DNA of 64,000 nucleotides from assembly GCA_036396655.1 (NCBI GenBank), contig DASWKK010000138.1, forward strand, positions 11,385 through 75,384, written 5' to 3'. The position numbers were made by a program, and so were the translations under genes. Of this stretch, positions 54,855 through 63,712 are shown one piece after another. Source of the DNA: Acidimicrobiia bacterium. Lineage in GTDB: Bacteria; Actinomycetota; Acidimicrobiia; Spongiisociales; ZC4RG35. A model generated the notes under the pieces. It was given only the letters and a program-made list of their open reading frames with translations. It had not been told where the DNA came from and did no database searches. The first letter of the stretch is position 1. Every line of letters begins with the position of its first letter.

Positions 54855-55388
54855 TCAGGGGTGCGGCCGCACTGTGACCTCCCCGGTCAGGTCGACAGCC
54901 GCGGCGAGAGTGTTGGTGATGGTCCCGAACTTGCGCACGTTGCGATGGAGCAGCTCGATGCGACGGGTCGGCTCGTTGCTGACGATCTCCAGGCGATAGT
55001 GCATCCGGGTCATCGCCGGCGGCACATCGCTCCGTTCCGCCTCCACCTCGACCCGGGCAAGCTCGTACTCGACGGTCAGCAACTCCGAGAAACGCTCGAC
55101 GTTCTTGAGCAGGCAGACTGCGAGAGACGCGCAGAGAAGCTCGGCGGGCCCGGGCCTGGTCCGATCGGCGTAGCTTCCGGTGTCAGCCTTCACATAGGTC
55201 TCGTTGCAGCGAACCCTCGACTGACCACCGGGACGGCTGATGGCTTGAACGCGGTAGATGCTCGGGCCCGGCCCGGCTTCAACTGTCTCGGTCGCCACCT
55301 CCGACATGACTGGTGTCATGACATGAGCTTGGTCGACGACGGCGAGGCCCAACCAGGGCAATTGGTCACCTTCCCATGGGAAAATCAC
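54855..55388 (-). CDS. OsmC/Ohr family protein
   Basis: PAELLCASLAVCLLKNV and C-terminal FGTITNTL. The true start is probably internal (MTPVMSEV or MSEV, near 55319-55307). Confidence 0.6.
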   Translation of the reverse strand: MIFPWEGDQLPWLGLAVVDQAHVMTPVMSEVATETVEAGPGPSIYRVQAISRPGGQSRVRCNETYVKADTGSYADRTRPGPAELLCASLAVCLLKNVERFSELLTVEYELARVEVEAERSDVPPAMTRMHYRLEIVSNEPTRRIELLHRNVRKFGTITNTLAAAVDLTGEVTVRPHP

Positions 55389-55414
55389 CGCGCTGGCGGG
55401 CTTCTCCTGCCTCT

Positions 55415-56212
55415 TCAGACCCGAGGCGCCGGGAACGACGAAATCAGGCCACGACCGGTGACCTGGAACAACTCCTCGGCCTCGGGTAGCTCATGCAGGT
55501 GGTATACGCCCAGACTCTCCAAATCGACCTCTGGAAGTAGCGACCCCGCCATCTCGTCACGGGTGGCCACTGTGATCAGGATCTGGCCACCGTGCCCGGC
55601 GTTGCAGACCCGGGCCGTCACGTGGACAGGCAACCCGACATAGCCAGTGTCGGTGAGGGCCGGGCTCCCGCTGTGCAGCCCGATCCTCACCTTCGCCGGA
55701 GACGAAGCGAGGCTCCGTTGGATCTCAACCGCAGCCTGGACCGCGTCGGCGGCGTCTGCGAATGCGGCGAAGAACTCGTCGGCCCGGCAGTCGACCTCAT
55801 ATCCGCCACCACGGCCAACTTCCCGGCGTATGGCGGATCGAACCTCCTCGAGAAGCGCGGGATATTGATCGCCGAGTGAATGCACCAGACGGGTGGAGCC
55901 TTCGATGTCGGTGAGCAGCAAAGTGACCGGTCCCGAGGGCATGTCCGGTTTGACCCCCGATCGGGCCTGGCGCAACTGCCTCGTGACGAAGCCAACCGGT
56001 GCGATCCCGTAGCTCGAGGCCGCCGTCAGCAGCTTGCGAAACGCCTTCTCCCGAGCCTCTTCGCTCTCGAACCTGACCTGGTTGAACCGGGACAAGGCGT
56101 TGCGGACATGAGCCTCGTCATTGATCGGCAACCGCCGATTGCCCTTCGAGTCGACATAGGCGAAATCGCGATCGGGCAGACTGGCCCGCTTCTTGGCGTC
56201 GAGCGTTGCCAT
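55415..56212 (-). CDS. class III nucleotidyl cyclase with small N-terminal phage-type module (DUF6582-like)
   Basis: ATG 56212. KKRASLPDRDFAYVDSKGNRRLPINDEAHVRNALSRFNQ (N-module). LLLTDIEGSTRLV...RIGLHSG...GLPVHVTARV (cyclase). Confidence 0.75.
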   Translation of the reverse strand: MATLDAKKRASLPDRDFAYVDSKGNRRLPINDEAHVRNALSRFNQVRFESEEAREKAFRKLLTAASSYGIAPVGFVTRQLRQARSGVKPDMPSGPVTLLLTDIEGSTRLVHSLGDQYPALLEEVRSAIRREVGRGGGYEVDCRADEFFAAFADAADAVQAAVEIQRSLASSPAKVRIGLHSGSPALTDTGYVGLPVHVTARVCNAGHGGQILITVATRDEMAGSLLPEVDLESLGVYHLHELPEAEELFQVTGRGLISSFPAPRV

Positions 56213-56255
56213 CAGGACCCAGACGGTAGGCGGGTTGTGAGCTTTCGCGACCGGA

Positions 56256-57008
56256 TCAGGTCGGTGAGGCTGCGGTCGGGATCGCAGCCGAGAGGAGAAT
56301 CCGGGCCGAGTCGTCGACGATGTGGGGACGGGTGCCTTGGTTCTCACACAACGCCACATAGCGCGCCGAAAAGGCCGGTGGATCCTCGATTGAGATGAAC
56401 CTCCCCTTGCTCAGAGCGACAATGGCGTGACATCCGACCAGCGCGAAGTCAAGTAGCTGGTTGGGGTAGGTGAGGTGTTGCAGTGGCTCGGTGGTGTTGC
56501 GCACCCGTATCAGGAACCTGATGACACCATGGGGCCCCGGCTGAGGGTCGGCTCTGAGCTCGACGACTCCGGTGACCGACTGCGAGATCAACTCGATGAC
56601 CCGGGAGCCGCCATCGACGTCAGTGACCTCGCGGGTCACCGTCGTGCCGGGAAACCCGAAGTGATGGGTGTAAAGACCCTCGACCAACTCGGCGACCGGA
56701 GCCTCCACGTCGACCCTAATCGTCTCGGAGCTCTCGATCTCTCCCTGACCGGAGTCCGTCCCGGCCACCTCTACCCAGACCCCGTCATCGCGACGCTTCC
56801 TCGATATCACCCGTGTCATGTGCCTGAACCGCACCCGGGCACTCAGCGAAGCGAGCTCCGCCCGCTCGGCAAGCCATTCGGTTTGGGCGTAGTCCTGGCG
56901 GAACGGGTCGGTCGTGGCCGGCTCATAGGGAACGAGAGCTCCCCGCCAGATGTCGCCGGTCTTCATGCCTCGATCGACGATCGATTCCGCCTCGTCCAGG
57001 ATCATCAT
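56256..57008 (-). CDS. hypothetical protein (orphan, upstream of the cyclase gene)
   Basis: 250-aa ORF with coding-like composition, 43 bp upstream of the cyclase start on the same strand. No motif recognised. Confidence 0.45.
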   Translation of the reverse strand: MMILDEAESIVDRGMKTGDIWRGALVPYEPATTDPFRQDYAQTEWLAERAELASLSARVRFRHMTRVISRKRRDDGVWVEVAGTDSGQGEIESSETIRVDVEAPVAELVEGLYTHHFGFPGTTVTREVTDVDGGSRVIELISQSVTGVVELRADPQPGPHGVIRFLIRVRNTTEPLQHLTYPNQLLDFALVGCHAIVALSKGRFISIEDPPAFSARYVALCENQGTRPHIVDDSARILLSAAIPTAASPT

Positions 57009-57078
57009 CGGCCCCCGTGATCGGTCCGCTCACAAATGCCGCTTCGTCGGGTAGACCATATCCGACCACGAAGAGATC

Positions 57079-57121
57079 TTGACAGAATAATTCAACAGTT
57101 GTAGAAATCAACGCGCGTTGA
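57079..57121 (+). promoter_or_regulatory. promoter plus palindromic operator candidate for the ABC/TetR operon
   Basis: TTGACA (57079-57084), 17 bp, TAGAAA (57102-57107), then the perfect 14-bp palindrome TCAACGCGCGTTGA (57108-57121) before the RBS GAAGGGAG. Confidence 0.45.
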
Positions 57122-57134
57122 AGAAGGGAGTCTC

Positions 57135-58160
57135 ATGCTGGCGATGGTGATCAAGGAGGTTCGCCAGGTGCGTAGGGACCGACGCACGCTGGCCATGATG
57201 ATCGTCATGCCGATCATGCTCCTGGTGGTCTTCGGCTACGCGGCCAGTTTCGATGTCACCACCATCAGGGCGGCCTTCCCCGACGGTGTCCCGGACGGGG
57301 CAAGTCTTCCCGAGGTGTTGAAGCCGGTGGACAGCACACGAACCGATCCGACCGAGATCCTCCGTCACGGCGACGCCGACGTGGTGGTGACCTCCGACGG
57401 TCGCGGGCTCGTCGCCACCATCGACGGCGCCCAGCTGTTCACCGCCAGGGCCGCGGTTCAGATCTTCACCTCTGCCGCGGCTCAAGGAGTGCCGGTCAGC
57501 ACCAATGTCGTATTCAACCCCGAGCTCGACACCTCTGCCGTGCTGGTGCCGGGTCTAGCCGGTCTGGTTCTGCTCTTCGTCGGCTCCCTGGTCACCAGTC
57601 TCGGCGTGGTCCGGGAACGCCAGGCGGGAACCCTGGAACAACTGGCCGTGATGCCGCTGCAACCGCGCGACGTCTTCGTGGGCAAGATCGCCCCGTACTT
57701 CGTGGTGGCCGCAGTCGACATGGTGATCGTCCTCACCGTCGGCTGGTTTCTCTTCGACGTGCCGTTCGCTGGTTCGATCTGGCTGCTCGCCCTCGGAGCA
57801 GTGCTGTTCCTCTTCGTGACTCTGGGCGCCGGGGTCCTCATCTCCACTGTCTCCGAGAACCAGGGTCAGGCGATCCAGTTGGCCATCATGACGCTGCTCC
57901 CCCAAGTCCTCCTCTCCGGTCTCATCTTCCCCTTGGAGTCGATGGCCGCCGGTGTCCGCTGGATCGGTTATCTGCTCCCACTGACCTACTTCAACCAAAT
58001 CGCCCGAGGGGTGATGCTCAGAGATGCGCCATTCGAGGCGATTGCGCTTCCCTTGGGCCTCATGACCGTGCTGGGTCTGGTGGTGTTCGGTCTGGCCGTG
58101 CTCAGGTTCCGGGCCGATCTAGTGCCGGCCCGGGTCGACGAGTCGCATCCGGCAACATGA
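57135..58160 (+). CDS. ABC-2 type transporter permease
   Basis: MVIKEVRQVRRDRRTLAMMIVMPIM N-terminus, large extracytoplasmic loop, then 5 TM helices, typical of the ABC-2 family. Confidence 0.85.
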   Translation: MLAMVIKEVRQVRRDRRTLAMMIVMPIMLLVVFGYAASFDVTTIRAAFPDGVPDGASLPEVLKPVDSTRTDPTEILRHGDADVVVTSDGRGLVATIDGAQLFTARAAVQIFTSAAAQGVPVSTNVVFNPELDTSAVLVPGLAGLVLLFVGSLVTSLGVVRERQAGTLEQLAVMPLQPRDVFVGKIAPYFVVAAVDMVIVLTVGWFLFDVPFAGSIWLLALGAVLFLFVTLGAGVLISTVSENQGQAIQLAIMTLLPQVLLSGLIFPLESMAAGVRWIGYLLPLTYFNQIARGVMLRDAPFEAIALPLGLMTVLGLVVFGLAVLRFRADLVPARVDESHPAT

Positions 58161-58966
58161 GCTTCGGTCTTTCGGGAGTGACGGTCGAGCTCGGTGGAAG
58201 ACCGGCAATCGAGCAAGTGGACCTCGAGGTTGAGCCGGGAGCGATCACGGCTGTCATCGGGGCTGACGGTGCTGGGAAGACCACCACCGCCCGCACCCTC
58301 GTCGGTCTGCTCTCCCCATCGGTGGGGACAGTGCGGCGGCCGGGAGCAGCTGACATCGGCTACCAGCCCGAAGCTGGCGGCACCTGGCGCGATCTCACCG
58401 TCTCGGAGAACCTGGCGTTCGTCGCTCGGGCCTACGGGATCACCCCAGGCTCGAACCGTTACCTCGAACTGCTGGAGATGACGGGGCTCGGCCCCGCCTC
58501 CGACCGGCTGTCCGGCAATCTGTCGGGAGGGATGCGTCAGAAGCTGGCGGTGGCCATGGCGATGCTCCCCCACCCTGAGCTCACCGTCCTCGACGAGCCG
58601 ACAACCGGGCTCGACCCGATGAGCCGGGCGGAGGTGTGGCGTCTGCTGGCCCGAGCCGCAGGTGAGGGGACTGCGGTCATCGCCACCACCACCTATCTCA
58701 ACGAAGCAGAAAGGGCATCTCATGTCGTGGTCCTGGACAACGGGAGAGTCCTGGCCTCGGGCACCGCGGCGTCGATACGCGCCTCGTTTCACGGTCTCCT
58801 CGGGGTCAGCAGGACCAGGCCCCCCGATGCTCCGGCCTGGCGGCGAGGGCGGCTGTGGCGGGTGTGGTCGCCGAACGGGTCTCTCCCCCCCGACACCCGT
58901 GAGATCGACCCCGATCTCGAAGACGTGGTCACCGCAGCAGCCCTGGCCCGACGGGCCGCATCATGA
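58157..58966 (+). CDS. ABC transporter ATP-binding protein (canonical motifs)
   Basis: Walker A GADGAGKTT, signature LSGGMRQKL, Walker B LTVLDEPTTGLD. Confidence 0.9.
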   Translation: MSFGLSGVTVELGGRPAIEQVDLEVEPGAITAVIGADGAGKTTTARTLVGLLSPSVGTVRRPGAADIGYQPEAGGTWRDLTVSENLAFVARAYGITPGSNRYLELLEMTGLGPASDRLSGNLSGGMRQKLAVAMAMLPHPELTVLDEPTTGLDPMSRAEVWRLLARAAGEGTAVIATTTYLNEAERASHVVVLDNGRVLASGTAASIRASFHGLLGVSRTRPPDAPAWRRGRLWRVWSPNGSLPPDTREIDPDLEDVVTAAALARRAAS

Positions 58967-59814
58967 ACGAGCGCTTCGCCGAAACGCAGGCGGTGAGCAA
59001 GCAATTCGTCGACAATCTCGCCGTCGACGGAGTGAGTGTCTCGATCTCGGCCGGTGAGATCGTGGGCATGGTCGGAGCCAACGGCGCCGGAAAGACCACC
59101 CTCATCAGGATGATGCTCGGGCTGATCCACCCTGATAAGGGGAGGGTGATGCTGTTCGGCGAGGCCCCGACCCAGGTCACCCGCCGCCGCATCGGCTACA
59201 TGCCACAAAGCCTCGGTCTCTACGAGGACCTGACCGTCGCCCAGAACCTCGATTTCACCGCTCGAGTCTTCGGAGTCGACCCACCCCGCCTCGAAGGCGA
59301 CCTCACTCTGATCGGCGCGCGGCTCGTCTCGGATCTCCCCCTCGGTCTGCGTCGTCGGGTGGGGTTCATCGCCGCCCTCTCCCACCAGCCCGATCTGCTC
59401 GTGCTCGACGAGCCCACATCGGGGGTCGGCCCCCTGGGAAGAGCCGACCTCTGGGAGACGATCCATGATGCGGCCGACTCCGGCGCCGGGATCCTGGTGA
59501 CCACGCATCACATGGATGAGGCGGAGCAATGCGATCGTCTGGTCCTGCTCTCGGCAGGGAAGGCGGTGGCGGCGGGAACGGTCGATGAGATACTCGCTGG
59601 GCAGGTCACGGTCGAAGCGTCGCCGCCCGACCGGGCCACGGCTTTGGGTTTGCTCGAGACGGCAGGGTGGCCCGTCCTTCCCACCGGGGCTCATCTCCGG
59701 GTTCCCGGGATCCCCCTGGCCTCGGTGCGGTCGGTCCTCGGTGACAGCGTGAGCCTGGTCGAGAGCCGGTCGTCCCTGGAAGAGGCCTTCATGACCCTGG
59801 CCGGGAGCACCTGA
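58963..59814 (+). CDS. ABC transporter ATP-binding protein (degenerate signature motif)
   Basis: Walker A GANGAGKTT, Walker B LLVLDEPTSGV. The signature position reads LPLGLRRRV instead of LSGGQ. Confidence 0.9.
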   Translation: MNERFAETQAVSKQFVDNLAVDGVSVSISAGEIVGMVGANGAGKTTLIRMMLGLIHPDKGRVMLFGEAPTQVTRRRIGYMPQSLGLYEDLTVAQNLDFTARVFGVDPPRLEGDLTLIGARLVSDLPLGLRRRVGFIAALSHQPDLLVLDEPTSGVGPLGRADLWETIHDAADSGAGILVTTHHMDEAEQCDRLVLLSAGKAVAAGTVDEILAGQVTVEASPPDRATALGLLETAGWPVLPTGAHLRVPGIPLASVRSVLGDSVSLVESRSSLEEAFMTLAGST

Positions 59815-60392
59815 TGGCGCGTACCGGCCGCCGACCCGGTTCGGGGGACACCAGGGCCGACATTCTGGCCGCGGCCCGAGCCCAGTTCGGGGCCAAGGGC
59901 TATCACCAGGCAACGATTCGCGGGATCGCCGCCGCAGCCCGAGTCGACCCGGCGCTGGTGCACCACTACTTCGGGACCAAGGAAGACCTCTTTGCCGCCT
60001 CGATCGATCTTCCCCTTCGTCCCGCCGAGGTCGCTGAGGCACTGCTCGGCGAGGGTATGGAGTCGGCAGGGCAGAACATCACCCAGCTCTTCTTCACGGT
60101 TTGGGAGAACCCGGTCACCCGGGACCCGCTCATGGCGGTGTTGCGCGGAGCCCTTGGCACCGAACGAGGTGCGGCCGTGCTTCGTGAGTTCTTCGGCACT
60201 GCCCTATTGGGCCGGGTCGCCCATCAGATGAGGGGACCCGATGCCGAGCTGCGGGCCTCCCTCGCCGTGTCACAGTTGATCGGTGTCGCGGTGCTCAGAT
60301 ACGTGGTGCGGTTTCCCTCGCTTGCCTCGGTCCCGGCGGAGCGGCTTGTCGACACTCTCGCCCCCCGCATCCAGGCCTATTTCACCGACTGA
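59814..60392 (+). CDS. TetR family transcriptional regulator
   Basis: TRADILAAARAQFGAKGYHQATIRGIAAAARVDPALVHHYFGTKEDLF. Confidence 0.85.
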   Translation: MARTGRRPGSGDTRADILAAARAQFGAKGYHQATIRGIAAAARVDPALVHHYFGTKEDLFAASIDLPLRPAEVAEALLGEGMESAGQNITQLFFTVWENPVTRDPLMAVLRGALGTERGAAVLREFFGTALLGRVAHQMRGPDAELRASLAVSQLIGVAVLRYVVRFPSLASVPAERLVDTLAPRIQAYFTD

Positions 60393-60448
60393 CGACGATG
60401 ATGAAGGGCTCGGTCGGAGACCGAGCCCTTCTCCCGTCCTGAAAACGA

Positions 60449-61816
60449 TCAAGCAGAGATCGCCTGACCCAGCACCGCCTGACCGAAGTAGACCAGGAAG
60501 GCGATGGCCACCACCCACATCAGAGGATGGACGTCGGCCATCTTGCCCTTGATCACTTTGATCAGGACATACATCACGAACCCGGCGCCGATTCCGACCG
60601 TGATGCTGAAGGTGAGGGGCATGAGGACGATGGTGAGCAGCGCTGGGAAGCCCTCCTCGATGTCATCGAAGTCGATCCCCTTGATCAACGAGCTCATCAG
60701 GAACCCGACCAGTATCAACACCGGTGCCGTCGCCTCGGCGGGGATCAACCCGGCGAGCGGGGAGAGGAAGATGGCCACCAGGAACAGCACCCCGACCACC
60801 ACCGAAGTGAGCCCGGTCTTGCCCCCTTCGGCCACACCTGCCGCACTCTCGATGTAGCTGGTGTTGGAGCTGACACCGGCGGCTCCACCGACGGCGGCCC
60901 CGAGCGAGTCGACGAACAGGAGCCTGCCGACATCGGGGATCGAGCCATCCTCTTCGGCCAGATCCGCTTGTTCGACGATGGCTGTCGCAGTTCCCATGGT
61001 GTCGAAGAAGTCGGTCAGCATGAAGCTGAATATGGTCAGCGCTGCAGCGACGAACCCGAGTTGGGTGAACACGTTGCCCAGGTCGAAGTCACCCAGCGTG
61101 TCGAAGCTCGGAGTGGCGGTGAAGGTGTCCGGGAACTCGGTGAACCCGATGATCAGCCCAACGGCCGCGGTCGCCAGGATGCTGATCACCAGGGCACCAG
61201 GCACCTTGCGCACGTAGAGCACGACGGTGATCAGAAGCCCGACCAGAGTCAGCCAAGCCCCCATGGTGTTGGGGAAGATGAACTCGACGACCGGGGTCCC
61301 GGGGCCGACGAGCCCTCCACTCTCGAACCCGATGAACAGGATGAACAGCCCGATTCCGACCCCGATCGCCCGTTTCAGGCTCAGCGGGACGGCACTCATG
61401 ATCGCCTCTCTCAGCCCGACCAGCACCAGTGCGGCCACGATTATGCCCTCGAGGACGATGACCCCCATCGCCCCGGCCGGGGTCAGCCCCTGGCCCAGGA
61501 CGAGGCCGAACGCAACGGCCGCATTGATCCCGAGGCCCGCTGCCATCGCAATGGGGTAATTGGCCACCACCCCCATCAAGATGCTGAGCAGGCCCGCCAC
61601 CAGTGCGGTGCCGGCGCCGACCGCGACCGGATCGAGGCCGGCCTCGCCGAGGATCAGAGGGTTGACGAAGATGATGTACGCCATCACCAGAAACGTGGTC
61701 ACCCCAGCCCGTATCTCGGTGCCGACCGAAGTGCCACGTTCGGTCAGCTTGAAGAACGAATCGAGCCCGGACCCCTCAGGTCCGCTCGAAGTGGTCCGAT
61801 CCACCGTGTCGGTCAT
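60449..61816 (-). CDS. NCS2 family purine (adenine/guanine/hypoxanthine) permease, AzgA/PurP type
   Basis: FFKLTERGTSVGTEIRAGVTTFLVMAYIIFVNP N-terminus and a 12 or more TM layout. Confidence 0.9.
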   Translation of the reverse strand: MTDTVDRTTSSGPEGSGLDSFFKLTERGTSVGTEIRAGVTTFLVMAYIIFVNPLILGEAGLDPVAVGAGTALVAGLLSILMGVVANYPIAMAAGLGINAAVAFGLVLGQGLTPAGAMGVIVLEGIIVAALVLVGLREAIMSAVPLSLKRAIGVGIGLFILFIGFESGGLVGPGTPVVEFIFPNTMGAWLTLVGLLITVVLYVRKVPGALVISILATAAVGLIIGFTEFPDTFTATPSFDTLGDFDLGNVFTQLGFVAAALTIFSFMLTDFFDTMGTATAIVEQADLAEEDGSIPDVGRLLFVDSLGAAVGGAAGVSSNTSYIESAAGVAEGGKTGLTSVVVGVLFLVAIFLSPLAGLIPAEATAPVLILVGFLMSSLIKGIDFDDIEEGFPALLTIVLMPLTFSITVGIGAGFVMYVLIKVIKGKMADVHPLMWVVAIAFLVYFGQAVLGQAISA

Positions 61817-61950
61817 GATCTCCTCCCAATTATTGGATACCGCCCGTCGGCATCAATCGGTCAGACCAAAAGTAGTGACATCGGGTTACACCGTGCCGGG
61901 CGAAGTGGGGACTTCCTCGATGTCTGCGACAGTTAGTGGCCCGCATGGCG

Positions 61951-62259
61951 TCAAACCAGGGCGCGCACCAACCAGTAGACGCCCATGCCCACCACGAGGG
62001 TCAGGATGTGGTTCTTGGTCTTGACAGCCACTGCGCCCCCGAGCACGAACGCCGAGACCTCTGGAACCCCAATCGCGACATTCCCTTGACCATCGGTGAG
62101 AAGGGAGACGATCAGAGCCGCCAACACCGACGGGGCCACGAACTGGAGCGCTATCAGCAATGGCTCAGGGATCCTCCGCCTGGCGAGCGCAACGATGAAG
62201 AGAGCGCGGGAGGAGTAGGTACCCATTCCGACCACCACGATGGCGAGGAACTCACCCAT
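61951..62259 (-). CDS. azlD: AzlD family branched-chain amino acid transport protein
   Basis: About 100 aa with 3-4 TM helices, overlapping the end of azlC. Start taken at MGEFLAIVVV. Confidence 0.7.
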   Translation of the reverse strand: MGEFLAIVVVGMGTYSSRALFIVALARRRIPEPLLIALQFVAPSVLAALIVSLLTDGQGNVAIGVPEVSAFVLGGAVAVKTKNHILTLVVGMGVYWLVRALV

Positions 62260-62935
62260 CCCGGACCCGTTCCGCCACCGTGCCGGCCACGATCCCGACC
62301 AAGGCCCCAACCAGCAGACCGGCCTTGTTGGGCAGGTCGGCAGCCAGATAGGCCGTTCCCGCCCCCACCAGGGCAGCTACCACCTTCGGCCAGCGATCGA
62401 TCCCGAGAACGAGAAGACCGATGAACAGGATCGGCACCGCGAAACCGAGATTCCATTCCTCCGGGACGACCGGCCCGATCAGCAGCCCGAGGGCGGTGGT
62501 CATCTGCCACAGCGTCCAGAAGGTGAAGCCTGCGGCGAGGTAGTAAGTCCGAAACTCCTCGGGCTCGTCGCCCAGTCGAACCGTGGTCAGGGCGAACAGC
62601 TGGTCGATCAAGAAGTAAGGACCGATCCAACGAAACCAGGTTGGCTGTCTTTGAAAGGTGGGAGCGAGGGCGGCCGAGTACATGAGGTGACGGCTGTTCA
62701 CCACCAGAGCCGCGCTCACGGCAGCCGCCACCGCGGCACCACCGCCGAGCAGTGAGACCACGGTGAGCTGTGCCGCCCCACCGAAGATCAAGGACGAGCC
62801 CGACCATCCGATCAGGTTTCCAATCCCCGATTCGGTGATGGCAAGACCCAGTACCAACCCAAAAGGGATGGCTGGGACGAACAGCGGCAGTGCGTCGATG
62901 ACCCCCTGGCGGGCGACCGACCGGTCCACAGACAT
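62252..62935 (-). CDS. azlC: AzlC family branched-chain amino acid exporter subunit
   Basis: GVIDALPLFVPAIPFGLVLG...SSLIFGGAAQL pattern. Confidence 0.8.
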   Translation of the reverse strand: MSVDRSVARQGVIDALPLFVPAIPFGLVLGLAITESGIGNLIGWSGSSLIFGGAAQLTVVSLLGGGAAVAAAVSAALVVNSRHLMYSAALAPTFQRQPTWFRWIGPYFLIDQLFALTTVRLGDEPEEFRTYYLAAGFTFWTLWQMTTALGLLIGPVVPEEWNLGFAVPILFIGLLVLGIDRWPKVVAALVGAGTAYLAADLPNKAGLLVGALVGIVAGTVAERVRDG

Positions 62936-62953
62936 GCGGTCTCAGATTATTCG

Positions 62954-63673
62954 CTACGAACCGACGTCGATCTTGACCGCCTCCAGGGCGATCATCACCA
63001 TCTCGTCGAAAGTCTGCTGACGCTCCTCGGCGGAAGTCGCCTCCCCGGTCCGAACGTGGTCGGACACGGTGGCGATGGTGAGGGCCCGGCCGCCCTTCTC
63101 CGCCGCCACGCCGTAGAGACCGGCGGCCTCCATCTCCACCGCGAGCACACCCATGGCCTCCATGCGATCGAACGCCTCCGAGTCGGGGTTGTAGAAGAGG
63201 TCCGCCGAGTGAACGTTGCCCACCTTGACCTCGATGCCCCTGGCCGCAGCCGAGTCCGCCGCCGCCCTGAGTAGCCGATAGTCAGCCGTCGCCGAGAAGT
63301 CATACCCGCCATAGCGCACGCGGTTGACCCCGGAATCGGTGCAGGCGCCGATCGCCAGGATCACATCCCGGATCTTCACCGAGGCGAGGATGCCGCCACA
63401 GGATCCGACCCGAATCAGGCGCTCCACCCCGTACTCGGTGATCAACTCGGTCACGTAGATCGACGCCGACGGGATGCCCATCCCGGTTCCCATCACCGAG
63501 ATCGGAATCCCCTCATAGACCCCGGTGAACCCAAGCATATTGCGCACCTCGTTGACCTGCTTCACCTCGTCGAGGAAGTTGTCGGCGATGTGTTTGGCCC
63601 GCAGCGGGTCGCCTGGAAGCAGGATCGACGGGGCGAAGTCGCCCTTCTCGGCGGAGATGTGTGGCGTTGGCAT
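62954..63673 (-). CDS. deoD: purine nucleoside phosphorylase, DeoD type
   Basis: [40 protein letters not shown] motifs. Confidence 0.9.
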   Translation of the reverse strand: MPTPHISAEKGDFAPSILLPGDPLRAKHIADNFLDEVKQVNEVRNMLGFTGVYEGIPISVMGTGMGIPSASIYVTELITEYGVERLIRVGSCGGILASVKIRDVILAIGACTDSGVNRVRYGGYDFSATADYRLLRAAADSAAARGIEVKVGNVHSADLFYNPDSEAFDRMEAMGVLAVEMEAAGLYGVAAEKGGRALTIATVSDHVRTGEATSAEERQQTFDEMVMIALEAVKIDVGS

Positions 63674-63712
63674 CGACTGATGTGCTCCTGTGGTGTGGTG
63701 AACGACACCAAC

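Noticed and set aside
56256-57008. A vague resemblance between the C-terminal end of the 250-aa orphan ORF and a family I half-remember from actinobacterial hydrogenase-associated clusters, which might suggest a truncated gene.
   Set aside because: The resemblance rests on a few residues recalled from memory. There are no hydrogenase genes here, and I cannot verify it without a search, so I make no such claim.
61817-61950. Canonical guanine/adenine riboswitch upstream of the NCS2 purine permease.
   Set aside because: The conserved junction and loop sequences of the purine riboswitch are absent on the mRNA strand. Only generic helices are seen, so it is kept as a low-confidence structured-leader finding.
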